Source: Escherichia phage vB_EcoM_G4498
Sequence record: NC_054918.1
Length of the DNA stretch: 64,000 nt
Reading direction: 5' to 3' (one strand)
Positions within the stretch are counted from its first letter, which is position 1. Each line of letters begins with the position of its first letter. The translations under genes and the position numbers were made by a program. Positions 26,055 through 36,136 of the stretch are shown here, piece after piece. The notes beneath the pieces were generated by a model. It ran no database searches. It was not told the DNA's origin and worked only from the letters and a program-made list of their open reading frames with translations.

Positions 26055-26140
26055 AGTTTTGTGAAAATTTTTTAGGGAATTCTAAATGTCCAGAATCATC
26101 TGTTTTTCATAAGTATAGATTTATATTACTTGTATGAAAA

Positions 26141-26158
26141 AGGGACCCGGAGGTCCCT
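26141..26158 (-). terminator. terminator hairpin after gene 43
   Basis: AGGGACC-UCCG-GGUCCCU followed by UUUUC. Confidence 0.7.
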
Positions 26159-26170
26159 AGATTTATTCTA

Positions 26171-28867
26171 TCAGCCAAACAGGAAGTCTAACGAAGCTTT
26201 TTCTTCATAGTCCATACCAGCCGATTCACACATGCCCGCAAGCGGTTTAACAAACGATTTTTGGAACAAAGTTGAGTAGTCAATCCAAGACAGTACGTCA
26301 GAACGAATTTCTTTTGGAAGTTCTGTACCCGACGGCCAAGCAATGCATTTGTCACCAAATGGATTTCCTTCACGCAATGGAAGAACCATTACTTTATTTC
26401 CATCCAAAATTGGAGCTACACCTAAACCGCTAACAGCTCGACGATAAGTTAGCACACCACGAATATGGAACGGACATTTAAATCCTGGCCAACCTTTATC
26501 ATCATATTTCGCTATATCGTTCGCAGTTTTTACTTCAGCAATAACTTTATAGTCAAGTTGACGATATTCTTTCTCGAAGTTCTTGTAATATTCTTGGACA
26601 GACTCTTCACCTTCCTGAAGAATACGACGAATACTTTCTTCGAGAGCTTCTTGGACCGCTTTAGGCGTTGAACTTTGCTGAGTTTCCATACCCATGATTT
26701 TTAGATGCGGTTCAGCAAATCGCTTATCTTCCATATCATAAACGTTCAGAGCATAACGCTTTTTCGCTTTCCAAAATCCACCAACACCCTTTGAACCAAG
26801 TGGAGGGCAAGAAATAGCTTCACGGTCCATATGCATCAGATGCTCGCGGTTATTCATATAATCACATAACTCACGATATGCAACATCAATCATAGGTTCC
26901 ATCTTTTTCTTACCGAACTGATTCATGAATTCAACTAAATCGTTCTGCTCTTTGAATCGGTCAAGACCAACTTTTTCAATAACTTTATCTACACAAACAT
27001 ATACCGAATCAGTATCACCTGCTGCGATGAAATCTTCACCATTAGTTCCGCATACTTTATTCAGATATTCATTAATTTTACGAGCAATCCACTGAATACC
27101 GACTTGGCCGAAAATTGTGATAGCAGTAGCATTTCGCAGATCATAATAACGGAAATGAATATTACCAAGAGCACCATAAAGACTATTAATGAGAATTTTA
27201 CGGTTCAGCTGATTTGTGTTAGCAAGTGTAGCTGCTTTTTCACATTCTTCAATCAAACTATTGAGAACAGATTCAGTATAATTCGATAGTTCATTTAAGA
27301 AATCATCACTGAACTTAACATATCGTTCAACTTCAGGTTTAGTTGAACAAGACCCTGCGCCTTTCATAATAATCTTTTTAATAGCTTCGGCATTCATTTC
27401 TTCAGCGAACATTTTCTTTTTCCAATCTTTACGCTGGAAAAATACTTTAGCGATTTCCTTTGGAATGATACCTTCTTGATGCTTATCATACATCCATCCA
27501 TTCGGAGAACAAGAATATTCATCACTTGGTTTAGGAGCTGTTCCTGCGATATATTCATGAATTGGATGAACTTTAAACTGTCCACGAATAGTCTCAGGAC
27601 TAATGTTAACCTGACGAATAATGCTCGGATACAGAGACGTCAAGTCAAAACTCATAATATATCGACGAGCAATTGGTTTAGGTTCAAACACAAATGCACC
27701 CGGAAAACTCTGTTTAACGTGCGAACCTTGTTGAGGAATAACCTTGTGTTCACCTTTCAATGAGTTAAAAATAATAGCATCCCAAGTTTTAATAGGACTC
27801 ATTACACCAGAAAAAGGCATTTTAGCGTAATAAGACATACTTAAAACTAGATCGATAAACCCGCGAATTTTATCAATTGCTTGAACTGATTCTACGTCAA
27901 TGATGTTATAACTAATGTATCGTTGATGATTAGTCTCACGAAGTTTATTAATAGGACCGTCGTATGGTAATTTACCTTTTTTGGTTTCATGTTGAGCAAC
28001 TGATTCCAAAGAGAATGACGGCAAATTAGTAAAAGCGAATTTCTTGTACAAATCTAAATAATCAAGAATAGATACGCCATCAATAGAATAAATTTCTTTG
28101 CTACCGTACATATTTTGAATTAGTTTAGATTTTACTCGACCGATTGGAGAGAAGCGTTTCATACTGCGTTCACCTAGAATCATTTTAACACGATTCATGA
28201 TATACGGAACGTCAAACCCCTCAATATTCCAACCAGTAAAAATAGCAGGTCGTTTCTGTTCCCAGAGATTAATATATTCCATGAGCATATCACGCTCATT
28301 ATCGAATGGCATATAAATTACTCGGTCAAGAATTTCTTGAGGAACTTCATCACCACCTTCACAGTCAAGCTTAGCAGCTAACTTTGCATCCCATTTTGAT
28401 ACTGAACCGTACATTGAATTCAAAAGGTCGAAAACATAAAAACGGTCATCAATTGAATCGTAATGAGTGATAGCATCAATTTCATATTCAGCTTTCATTG
28501 GGTCAGGAAATTTATCACCAGTAACCTCAATGTCGCAGTTAGCTACACGAACAAATTTTCGGTCATAAACAATTTCTGAACCATACGTATCACTGATATA
28601 AGCGAGTTTAAAATCGTTCATACCGAGAGCTTCGAGACCGATGTCTTCCATTCGTTTCATCCAATCTCGAGCATCTTTCATTGATGGAAATTTTTGAGGA
28701 GCACAGTTTTTACCATAGATGTCTTTGTACTTTGACTCTTCCTTACAATGTCTAAACATAGTTGGAAGATATTCTACTTCACGAGTACGTTCCTTTCCGT
28801 TTTCATCAATATAACGTTCAACAATGTTATTTCCGACTGTTTCGATAGAGATATAAAATTCTTTCAT
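26171..28867 (-). CDS. 43: DNA polymerase gp43 (family B), 898 aa
   Basis: Exo and Pol motifs (DIE, SLYPS, YGDTDS-like AAGDTDS). Length matches T4 gp43. Confidence 0.97.
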   Translation of the reverse strand: MKEFYISIETVGNNIVERYIDENGKERTREVEYLPTMFRHCKEESKYKDIYGKNCAPQKFPSMKDARDWMKRMEDIGLEALGMNDFKLAYISDTYGSEIVYDRKFVRVANCDIEVTGDKFPDPMKAEYEIDAITHYDSIDDRFYVFDLLNSMYGSVSKWDAKLAAKLDCEGGDEVPQEILDRVIYMPFDNERDMLMEYINLWEQKRPAIFTGWNIEGFDVPYIMNRVKMILGERSMKRFSPIGRVKSKLIQNMYGSKEIYSIDGVSILDYLDLYKKFAFTNLPSFSLESVAQHETKKGKLPYDGPINKLRETNHQRYISYNIIDVESVQAIDKIRGFIDLVLSMSYYAKMPFSGVMSPIKTWDAIIFNSLKGEHKVIPQQGSHVKQSFPGAFVFEPKPIARRYIMSFDLTSLYPSIIRQVNISPETIRGQFKVHPIHEYIAGTAPKPSDEYSCSPNGWMYDKHQEGIIPKEIAKVFFQRKDWKKKMFAEEMNAEAIKKIIMKGAGSCSTKPEVERYVKFSDDFLNELSNYTESVLNSLIEECEKAATLANTNQLNRKILINSLYGALGNIHFRYYDLRNATAITIFGQVGIQWIARKINEYLNKVCGTNGEDFIAAGDTDSVYVCVDKVIEKVGLDRFKEQNDLVEFMNQFGKKKMEPMIDVAYRELCDYMNNREHLMHMDREAISCPPLGSKGVGGFWKAKKRYALNVYDMEDKRFAEPHLKIMGMETQQSSTPKAVQEALEESIRRILQEGEESVQEYYKNFEKEYRQLDYKVIAEVKTANDIAKYDDKGWPGFKCPFHIRGVLTYRRAVSGLGVAPILDGNKVMVLPLREGNPFGDKCIAWPSGTELPKEIRSDVLSWIDYSTLFQKSFVKPLAGMCESAGMDYEEKASLDFLFG

Positions 28868-28903
28868 AGATATTCCTTAGTTTATAGCCCGAGTTATTAG
28901 GCT
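28865..28903 (-). promoter_or_regulatory. gene 43 translational operator (gp43 autoregulation hairpin plus SD and ATG)
   Basis: Minus strand AGCCU-AAUAACUC-GGGCU hairpin (28886-28903), followed by AAGGA and the ATG. The 8-nt loop AAUAACUC is the classic T4 operator loop. Confidence 0.8.
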
Positions 28904-28925
28904 CTTGATATATTATACTCCAAAT

Positions 28926-28943
28926 AAGGGGCCGAAGCCCCTT
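28926..28943 (-). terminator. UUCG hairpin after regA
   Basis: AAGGGGC-UUCG-GCCCCUU. Confidence 0.65.
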
Positions 28944-28945
28944 GC

Positions 28946-29314
28946 TTAATTACCAATCGTATATTTAGGAACGAGTTTCCATTCATGTTTTTGTTTAAAA
29001 GAAATAACTCGGAAGTTATTAGTTAAATCTTTCATAAAAGTTCTTTGACCAGGAACGATTTCAATCAGTCCCCAATCTTCTAATAGCCATGCAATCGAAT
29101 CACGACGAACTTCATCTTCTTCTGTCATTTCAACTTGGCGACCATCCATACGAAGCATTTCTTTAAAATGAACGATATAGTATAGTCCTTTTTTCTGAAG
29201 AATATGACAGGACTGATACAGAACTTTATCTTTATTATTAGCAATTCCCATACGAGTCAAAGTTTCTTTTACTTTCAGAAAATCTTCAGGTTTTTTAAGA
29301 GTAATTTCAATCAT
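28946..29314 (-). CDS. regA: RegA translational repressor, 122 aa
   Basis: MIEITLKKPEDFLKVKETLTRMGIANNKDKVLYQSCHILQKKGLYYIVHFKEM... matches T4 RegA. Confidence 0.95.
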   Translation of the reverse strand: MIEITLKKPEDFLKVKETLTRMGIANNKDKVLYQSCHILQKKGLYYIVHFKEMLRMDGRQVEMTEEDEVRRDSIAWLLEDWGLIEIVPGQRTFMKDLTNNFRVISFKQKHEWKLVPKYTIGN

Positions 29315-29315
29315 T

Positions 29316-29879
29316 TTACCATTCCAATGCTAGTTTTTTGAGTTGTTTCTGTTCTTTTACGTTCTTAGTCACTTCTTTCAAAAAATCATCCGTGACTAAA
29401 CCTTTTAGTTCTTTTAATACTAAAGGAAGTTTTCCATTTTTAGTAAGAATTGATTTATAGTTAATTGCATCATTTGTATTAACTTGATACCGCTTAGCAA
29501 GTAACCTAATAATCAATACTTCGGTGGAATCTTCAACCAGTTTTGCCCATTTACCATATCTTTTACCACGAGGAACTGCAGCCATTAGATAATTAAAATG
29601 AGCTTCATCACTTAAACCTGATCCAATTAAATTCATAGCATATACAGCTGGCATGCACTCTGGAAATTGTGATAATGCATTTTCAACCATGAATTTTGAA
29701 TAATCTTTTTGAGCAATAGAGCATTTAGTTTTATTATTAATAGCTCCAATTATTTCAAAAAACTCATTTTCAGCTTTTTCTTTAAAAGAATCAGCAGCGG
29801 ATTGGACAGCTGTCCAATCTTTTGAATACCAAGCAACTTGATGCTCGTTTAATTGAATATCATCTTCAAATAAGCTCAT
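29316..29879 (-). CDS. 62: clamp-loader small subunit gp62, 187 aa
   Basis: Start at [22 protein letters not shown] (ATG 29877-29879), as in T4. Confidence 0.9.
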   Translation of the reverse strand: MSLFEDDIQLNEHQVAWYSKDWTAVQSAADSFKEKAENEFFEIIGAINNKTKCSIAQKDYSKFMVENALSQFPECMPAVYAMNLIGSGLSDEAHFNYLMAAVPRGKRYGKWAKLVEDSTEVLIIRLLAKRYQVNTNDAINYKSILTKNGKLPLVLKELKGLVTDDFLKEVTKNVKEQKQLKKLALEW

Positions 29880-29880
29880 A

Positions 29881-30840
29881 TCACTTCCACTGCATTTCAC
29901 ATGCTAATTGAATGAAAAGATAAGCTAAATGCAATTCAGTATTAGCTGCAATTCCATGATACTGATTATTTTCACCAACAATTTCGTACATACGAATAAT
30001 ACTTTGTGGAGTTACGCGTGAATAGATTTCTTCGGCAAGTTTACCCACGAACCACGAATAATCAGCCGCATATTTTGGTGCTAAAGCTCTGAGTTGTTTA
30101 ACATCTTTATTTTTGAGAGACTCAAGAACATCATCAATAGCACCACGATCGTTAGTAACCAGTGATAAAATACCAGCATCCAAAACACCTTTAGATGAAT
30201 AACTATCGAGCTCGCCAATAGTTTTACGAAAATCAGGAAAATTCTTTTTAACCAAAGCTGCTACAACTTTCATATCAGCTATAGCAATTCCTTCATGCTT
30301 GCAGATTTCAGTCAATCGACGAATCATCTGCTTCATCATTTCAATTTTATCTTCATCAGTTGGTTGACCGAATGTAATAACTCGGCAGCGTGACTGAAGC
30401 GGTTTAATAATACCATCAATATTGTTAGCAGTAATAATAATACTACAGTTTGAACTATAAGCTTCCATAAAGGAACGAAGATGTCGCTGAGACTCTGCTA
30501 GCCCTGAACGGTCAAATTCATCAATAACGATTACTTTTTGACGACCATCAAATGAAGCGGCACTGGCAAAATTAGTCAAAGGACCACGAACGAAATCAAT
30601 TTTACAATCTGATCCATTCACAAACATCATATCAGCATTTACATCATGACACAATGCTTTTGCTACAGTTGTTTTACCTGTTCCTGGAGAAGGAGAATGA
30701 AGAATAATATGTGGAATCTTACCTTTACTTGTAATAGATTTAAAGGTTTCTTTATCAAAGGCGGGAAGAATACATTCATCGATAGTAGATGGACGATATT
30801 TCTGTTCAAGAATGTGTTCTTTTTCATTTACTGTAATCAT
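29881..30840 (-). CDS. 44: clamp-loader ATPase gp44, 319 aa
   Basis: Walker A SPGTGKTT. Start at [17 protein letters not shown] (ATG 30838-30840) after GAGG. Confidence 0.95.
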
Positions 30841-30853
30841 AATTTCCTCATTC
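30826..30853 (-). promoter_or_regulatory. probable RegA-binding translation-initiation region of gene 44
   Basis: Minus strand GAAUGAGGAAAUUAUGAUUACUGUAAAUG matches my memory of the gene 44 RegA operator. Confidence 0.5.
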
Positions 30854-30874
30854 AAGTTTTAGTGTAAATTATAA

Positions 30875-30888
30875 AGGGCCGAAGCCCT
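30875..30888 (-). terminator. UUCG hairpin after gene 45
   Basis: AGGGC-UUCG-GCCCU followed by UUAUAAU. Confidence 0.6.
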
Positions 30889-30891
30889 CTA

Positions 30892-31578
30892 TTAAAAATC
30901 GTGGGTAGAATCAGCTTCAAGAGCTACTACATAATTCGCGTGTTCACCTTCAAATTTAGCAGCGCCTTGTTTACCTTTTGCCCAGAGCAGAAGTTTATAA
31001 TTTCCTGGTTGCATTTTCATATTTGCCATATTGATAATGAAATTAAATGTATTTTCACCATCATAATCACCAAGAGTCAAAGAATATTTAACACGGGTCA
31101 GAGCAGAATCTTCTACTTTATTAAAACCGTTAATTACGATTTTACCTTCTTTTACCGTGATAGCAATTGTATCAATTTGCAGACCACGAGATACACGCAA
31201 CAGTTGTTGAAGGTCTTCAGCTTTAATTTCAGTAACAACAGATGCTACCGGGAATGGAATTGGTTTATTAGGAGCAACTACTGTACTCGGATCGGCTGCT
31301 GGCCAAAAAATTGTTGAACGAGCATCAGCAATTTTAATATTTCCATCTTCTGACTGGGAAATTTCTGCATCATCATTAACTAGCGACAGAATACCGAGAA
31401 AACCGTTCAAATCGTAAATTGCTACATCAAAATCAATAACGTCAGAAATATTTGCTTCCGCATAAGTTGTACCATTAACTGCGCGAGTCATAATAAATTG
31501 ACCGGATTTAAGCATAATACCGGAGTTAATAGTAGCGAAATTTTTAAGCAGAGCAGTAGTATCTTTAGACAGTTTCAT
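30892..31578 (-). CDS. 45: sliding clamp gp45, 228 aa
   Basis: MKLSKDTTALLKNFATINSGIMLKSGQFIMTRAVNGTTYAEANISD... matches T4 gp45. Confidence 0.95.
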   Translation of the reverse strand: MKLSKDTTALLKNFATINSGIMLKSGQFIMTRAVNGTTYAEANISDVIDFDVAIYDLNGFLGILSLVNDDAEISQSEDGNIKIADARSTIFWPAADPSTVVAPNKPIPFPVASVVTEIKAEDLQQLLRVSRGLQIDTIAITVKEGKIVINGFNKVEDSALTRVKYSLTLGDYDGENTFNFIINMANMKMQPGNYKLLLWAKGKQGAAKFEGEHANYVVALEADSTHDF

Positions 31579-31609
31579 GTAATTTCCTTCAATTCAAATG
31601 AGATTTAAT

Positions 31610-31634
31610 TTTATAACTAATTTAATAAAGCAAT
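31610..31634 (-). promoter_or_regulatory. probable middle promoter for gene 45
   Basis: ATTGCTTTA (perfect MotA box, overlapping the rpbA stop), 10 nt, TATAAA. Confidence 0.5.
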
Positions 31635-32023
31635 TAACGATTAAAATCAGCCGCAATTGTTTCCGCAACAATTTGAGCAGCAACAATTAGACGTTCATCT
31701 GCATTACCACAATAATCATCTTCAAGGCGTTCACCACATGAAGTCATAATAAATTTAGCACCGGCGTTTAGGGATTCTGTAGTATGTTTGCGCATTAGTT
31801 CAATCCATTTATTACTTACTTCACGATCGATAGCTTCATAATACGCATGACGAGCAGGTGCAGATTTAATTTTGTTCTGAATAACTTCCATTGCGTTATC
31901 AGAAAGAGACAAAACCCATGCTCGACGAATTTTATTTTGGTTTTGTGGATTTGATTCAGAACGCACGTGTTTTGGCTGAATATCTTTTACGTCAACAGTA
32001 TAATTCACAGTAATTTTAGTCAT
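31634..32023 (-). CDS. rpbA: RpbA RNA-polymerase-binding protein, 129 aa
   Basis: Size and position after 45 match T4 rpbA. Confidence 0.8.
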
Positions 32024-32032
32024 AATACACCT

Positions 32033-32224
32033 TTAGTCATAATAATCAGTAACAGTCCAAGCTTCATTTCTATTGGACATTATTTTTGTATATTCTGCTT
32101 TAAATGCATTCCTAAGCATAGATTCAGTAACTATATGCTCTTCATTAGAAAAATTATTTCTCAGAATATATCGTTTTATTTCAGGAATAGTTAATAGATG
32201 CTGTCCAGTTGAATATTCTGCCAC
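32033..32224 (-). CDS. small hypothetical protein (45.1/45.2 position), 63 aa, GTG start
   Basis: GTG at 32222-32224 lies 4 nt after GGAGG. Confidence 0.55.
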   Translation of the reverse strand: MAEYSTGQHLLTIPEIKRYILRNNFSNEEHIVTESMLRNAFKAEYTKIMSNRNEAWTVTDYYD

Positions 32225-32234
32225 AGTTCCTCCG

Positions 32235-32242
32235 TATAAATA
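32235..32242 (+). promoter_or_regulatory. late promoter TATAAATA for the plus-strand HNH endonuclease gene
   Basis: Exact TATAAATA on the plus strand, 34 nt before the ATG at 32276. Confidence 0.7.
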
Positions 32243-32275
32243 TGTTTATCACTCGCTGTATCAAAAGGATATGTT

Positions 32276-32992
32276 ATGAATTATAAACTAATTTATGAAA
32301 AGTTAATCTCTAATGCTAAATCTCGAAAACTTGATTGCTATACTGAATCTCATCACATTATACCACGCTGTTTAAACGGTAGTGATGATGCTTCAAACTT
32401 AGTAGATTTAACGCCAGAAGAGCACTATGTAGCTCATCAACTTTTAGTAAAAATTTATCCTTCTGAACCAAAATTAGTCTATGCTGCTAACATGATGACA
32501 GTTTCCACGAAATACGCTAAACGCAACAATAAAACTTTCGGTTGGATTCGTCGTAAACTCTGGGAAATAGAAAAGAACAAAGAATTCTCCCAGGAGACAC
32601 GAAAGAAAATGTCTGATGCAGTAGCTAATAAAGCAAGACTAACTTGTCCTCATTGCGGTAAGTCTGGATTAAGCGGGAATATGAATCGTTGGCATTTTGA
32701 TAACTGTCCAAATCACCCTAATCCTAAAGTTAGACCACCATTGTCTAAAGAACACAGAAATAATATCTCAAACGGGCTTAAAGCAATCGTTCTTGAAGAA
32801 ACATCCTGCGAATTCTGTGGAATGATAGGCAAGAAATGCGTTATCGCAGCGCATAGAAATTTCTGCAAGAAAAATCCAAATGGACGCAAGAAAACTGAAA
32901 AGACTGGTACTTGCGTCCATTGTGGTAAAGTTACCACTTTCGGAAATTTATCAAGATGGCATAATGATAACTGTAAATATAAACCTAGCTAA
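32276..32992 (+). CDS. free-standing HNH homing endonuclease with three C-terminal zinc-finger repeats, 238 aa, plus strand
   Basis: The N-terminus is paralogous to the 15801-16451 product (MNY..IY..LI..AK.R.L..Y.E.HHIIPRC..G.DD..NLV.LT.(R/E)EH). Exact late promoter TATAAATA at 32235-32242 and an AAGGA SD. Confidence 0.85.
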   Translation: MNYKLIYEKLISNAKSRKLDCYTESHHIIPRCLNGSDDASNLVDLTPEEHYVAHQLLVKIYPSEPKLVYAANMMTVSTKYAKRNNKTFGWIRRKLWEIEKNKEFSQETRKKMSDAVANKARLTCPHCGKSGLSGNMNRWHFDNCPNHPNPKVRPPLSKEHRNNISNGLKAIVLEETSCEFCGMIGKKCVIAAHRNFCKKNPNGRKKTEKTGTCVHCGKVTTFGNLSRWHNDNCKYKPS

Positions 32993-34673
32993 TCTTAGCT
33001 AAACTAAATCTACCAACTTTTTCCATCTGAATATGCTGACCATATTCTTGTGGGTCATGGTCTTTATGCGAAATTATGAAGAAGTTGGTATCCTTCAAAC
33101 CATCTAAAATTTTAGCTACATTTTTAATACCTTCAGCATCAAATGCACCGTCATATACTTCATCAAGAAATAAACAGCTTATTTTAACACCTGAAACTTT
33201 TTCAGCAATATCACGCCAAGTAAATAAAAGAGCAATATCAATTCGCGCTTTTTCACCTTGACTGAATGAAGCATAACTAAAATCTTCACGACCACGGGAT
33301 TTAATTGTCTCATTAAATTCTTCATCTAATGTAAACACATAATCCGCTTCCATTATTTTAAGATAATGGTTAATCTGCTTATTAAATAATGGAATGTACT
33401 TTTTAATAATAGCACCTTTAATACCAGAATCTTTGAGCATATCAGTCAAAATTCCTCGGTGGTATTTTTCCATTACTAAATTAGTTTTTGTCTTAACAAT
33501 TTTATCAAGTTCTTCTTGAAGCAGTGCTATTTCATCAGCATGGTCAATAAACTCAGAAGATGCTTTTTCTATAGCTGCTTTAACTTTTTTAGCTTTATCT
33601 ACTGTCGTGATTAGAGATTGCTTTTTATTGCGAATATCATTTGCCAACGACTGCTGGGTTTTAATATTATCTCGGTATTCATCAACAAGAACTTTTAAAT
33701 TATCACGATGTGTTGAAAGCTGTTCAAACGAATGCGTGCATTCAGAAACTTTATCTTTAATTTTAGAAACAACTTTATCACCGGAACTTAATTGCGACAA
33801 ACAGGTTGGACATAATCCACCTTCGTGATACATATTAATGACTTTATTATATGAGTCAATTTTTGATTTAATTAAAACTGCTTCTTGACCGATTTTATTA
33901 AATGCATCAGTCGGGTCTTCATCCAAAACAATATTAACTAATCTTTCATTAGCTTCTTCTATTTCCGATTTTAGCGTTCTAGCTTCTTTTGCCAAATCAT
34001 CGTACATATTTTGCAGACGAGTAAGATTGTCACCCGTTAATTTTTTCTGGCGTTCAACGTTATCATTATATATTTTAATTTGTTGGATAATACTATCTTT
34101 TTTAACATCAAGCACTTGGTTTTGTGAATTTAATTCACGTATTAGTGCTTTATTAAGCTTATCCATTTCAGCTAATGTTCCTACCTCAAGCAGGTCTTCC
34201 ACAAGCTTTCTTCGCGCAGGGGTCGACAAACCCATGAAAGGGGTATACCCTGCTGTACCAAGGACAACAATCTGCTTGAAACTGGCATATGACATTCCGA
34301 TAAGCTGTTCAAATTCTGCTTGGAAATCTTTACTGCTGGCAGATTCATTAAGACGTGTACCGTTAACGGTGATTTCGAAAACGTTTGGTTTTTGTCCTCT
34401 TTTGATATAGTACTTTTTCTCATCATATTCCATCCACAGTTCAACTAAAAGTTCTTTCTTATTTGTGCTGTTTATTAATTGACCTTTCTTTACATCACGA
34501 AATGGTTTGCCAAAAAGCCCAAATGTGATGGCTTCTAACATAGTAGACTTACCACCGCCATTTCGGCCAGTAATAAGAGTTTTTTGAACCTTATCTAGTT
34601 GAATGTCAATAGGATTTCCACCTACTGACATTATATTTTGATACCTAACTCGGTTTAGTTTAAAATTCTTCAC
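32985..34673 (-). CDS. 46: gp46 recombination nuclease subunit (Rad50/SbcC-like ATPase), 562 aa
   Basis: Walker A GRNGGGKST, a coiled coil with a CPTC zinc hook, and a signature/Walker B near the C-terminus. Confidence 0.95.
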   Translation of the reverse strand: MKNFKLNRVRYQNIMSVGGNPIDIQLDKVQKTLITGRNGGGKSTMLEAITFGLFGKPFRDVKKGQLINSTNKKELLVELWMEYDEKKYYIKRGQKPNVFEITVNGTRLNESASSKDFQAEFEQLIGMSYASFKQIVVLGTAGYTPFMGLSTPARRKLVEDLLEVGTLAEMDKLNKALIRELNSQNQVLDVKKDSIIQQIKIYNDNVERQKKLTGDNLTRLQNMYDDLAKEARTLKSEIEEANERLVNIVLDEDPTDAFNKIGQEAVLIKSKIDSYNKVINMYHEGGLCPTCLSQLSSGDKVVSKIKDKVSECTHSFEQLSTHRDNLKVLVDEYRDNIKTQQSLANDIRNKKQSLITTVDKAKKVKAAIEKASSEFIDHADEIALLQEELDKIVKTKTNLVMEKYHRGILTDMLKDSGIKGAIIKKYIPLFNKQINHYLKIMEADYVFTLDEEFNETIKSRGREDFSYASFSQGEKARIDIALLFTWRDIAEKVSGVKISCLFLDEVYDGAFDAEGIKNVAKILDGLKDTNFFIISHKDHDPQEYGQHIQMEKVGRFSLAKIS

Positions 34674-34933
34674 AAAAGATTCCTTTTAATGTATCTTTTA
34701 GACCATTCTATCATATCATCATAATCTAAAAAGTATTCATCAAATTCAGCCATGCAAACAACGCCTTGTGCTGTTTTTGATGTAATATAAATTATTCCAA
34801 CATATCTAGAATCTTCTTCGGTATAATCAATGTTTGCTATGAATTCATCATTAATGTCAAATGTCGAAAACTTCACAGTATGCATCCTTAATACAAGATA
34901 CAGCCATATCTCGTAATGATTTAGGTGTGTCAT
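34670..34933 (-). CDS. small hypothetical protein (46.1 position)
   Basis: ORF between 47 and 46. The true start is uncertain (alternative ATG at 34883-34885). Confidence 0.5.
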   Translation of the reverse strand: MTHLNHYEIWLYLVLRMHTVKFSTFDINDEFIANIDYTEEDSRYVGIIYITSKTAQGVVCMAEFDEYFLDYDDMIEWSKRYIKRNLL

Positions 34934-35120
34934 TATCTAAAATGTTGAAGTTAAAAGATACAGCCCAGTCAGTGCAGACTGTAACCTTTTTAATACAATT
35001 ATCTTCAACCTCTAACGGTTCAAACCAATATTCAATAATTTCTTTATGCCCAATATCATCTTTTACTTCGCATTCAAAATGCTGACTCATCATAACATTT
35101 TTAAATTCATCAAAAGTCAT
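34857..35120 (-). CDS. small hypothetical protein (46.2 position), 87 aa
   Basis: ORF overlapping the gene 47 stop by 4 nt. Confidence 0.55.
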   Translation of the reverse strand: MTFDEFKNVMMSQHFECEVKDDIGHKEIIEYWFEPLEVEDNCIKKVTVCTDWAVSFNFNILDNDTPKSLRDMAVSCIKDAYCEVFDI

Positions 35121-36136
35121 TGTGTTGCCTCTACATATAGCTGATTTGCATATTGAATAAGTGCTTCACGGTCAGAATCGGTGATGTCTGGAATTGCATT
35201 AATGTATTCTTCCATCAACGTCTGAAGAGATTGAACTTCAACTTCTTCACTGTCATCTGACTCGACAGAGTTATCAATTTTTGACACAACTCGTAATGAA
35301 TGCACAACTTTTTCTAGTTCAGATTCGAACTTCGTTAGATTTTTGTCTACTTCAGTTACTATAACACGTACTGATAGATTTGTAAAATCTTTATAGTCAA
35401 TTTTTCCTTTAAATGGATAATGAATTCTACGATGCCAGGTAGTGTTGTTTGGAATAAATTCCATTCGTTCTGTTTCTGTATCAAACATCCAGAACCCGCG
35501 AGGGTCATTCTCGTCACCTGCAGTTAGTGTCCATGGTGTCCCAATATATCTGACGTTAGCAGCCTCAGAAATAGTATGGAAGTGACCAGACCACACCTCT
35601 TTATAAGTCTTAAGGAAATCAGGTTCAAGACCATGAGATTTCATTCCTTTATAAAAATAAAATCCATTCAGCTCCCAGTGACCAACACAAAAAGAAGCAG
35701 AAGAAGTTTTTATGTGCTCGAGAATTTCACCAGTATTTTCTTCACACATCCAAGGAATTAAATCAATCAAACATCCGTCAAAATCTACTGTAGTAGGCTT
35801 ATCATATACTTTAACATTATGATATTTAGCCAAAAGCTCAGTAGAGGCATTTGGAGTTAAAGTATTTTTAAAGTGCATATCATGGTTTCCTACAACAGTA
35901 TGTAGGGTAATACCAGCATCATCAAGCATTTGAACTATTTCACGAGCGAACTCCATAGTTTTATGCGTGATTGCTTTTCGCACATCAAAAATATCGCCGT
36001 ATTGAATCCAGGTAGTAATTCCATTTTTCTTAGAATATTCTATCGCTTGCTTAATTCCATCCAACTGAATGGATTGAACCCATTCATCATCGGCTTTAAC
36101 ACCTAAATGCCAATCACCTAAATTTAAAATTTTCAT
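35117..36136 (-). CDS. 47: gp47 recombination nuclease subunit (Mre11/SbcD-like), 339 aa
   Basis: Metallophosphoesterase motifs (GDWH, GDIFD, GNHD, GHFH). Matches T4 gp47. Confidence 0.95.
   Translation of the reverse strand: MKILNLGDWHLGVKADDEWVQSIQLDGIKQAIEYSKKNGITTWIQYGDIFDVRKAITHKTMEFAREIVQMLDDAGITLHTVVGNHDMHFKNTLTPNASTELLAKYHNVKVYDKPTTVDFDGCLIDLIPWMCEENTGEILEHIKTSSASFCVGHWELNGFYFYKGMKSHGLEPDFLKTYKEVWSGHFHTISEAANVRYIGTPWTLTAGDENDPRGFWMFDTETERMEFIPNNTTWHRRIHYPFKGKIDYKDFTNLSVRVIVTEVDKNLTKFESELEKVVHSLRVVSKIDNSVESDDSEEVEVQSLQTLMEEYINAIPDITDSDREALIQYANQLYVEATQ

Noticed and set aside
28912-28945. Possible MotA box (GGCTTCGG) inside the regA terminator hairpin, followed by TATAAT at 28912-28917, as a gene 43 middle promoter.
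   Set aside because: The box matches only GCTT and coincides with the UUCG hairpin stem-loop. The TATAAT may still be a real -10, but I cannot support a MotA-dependent call.
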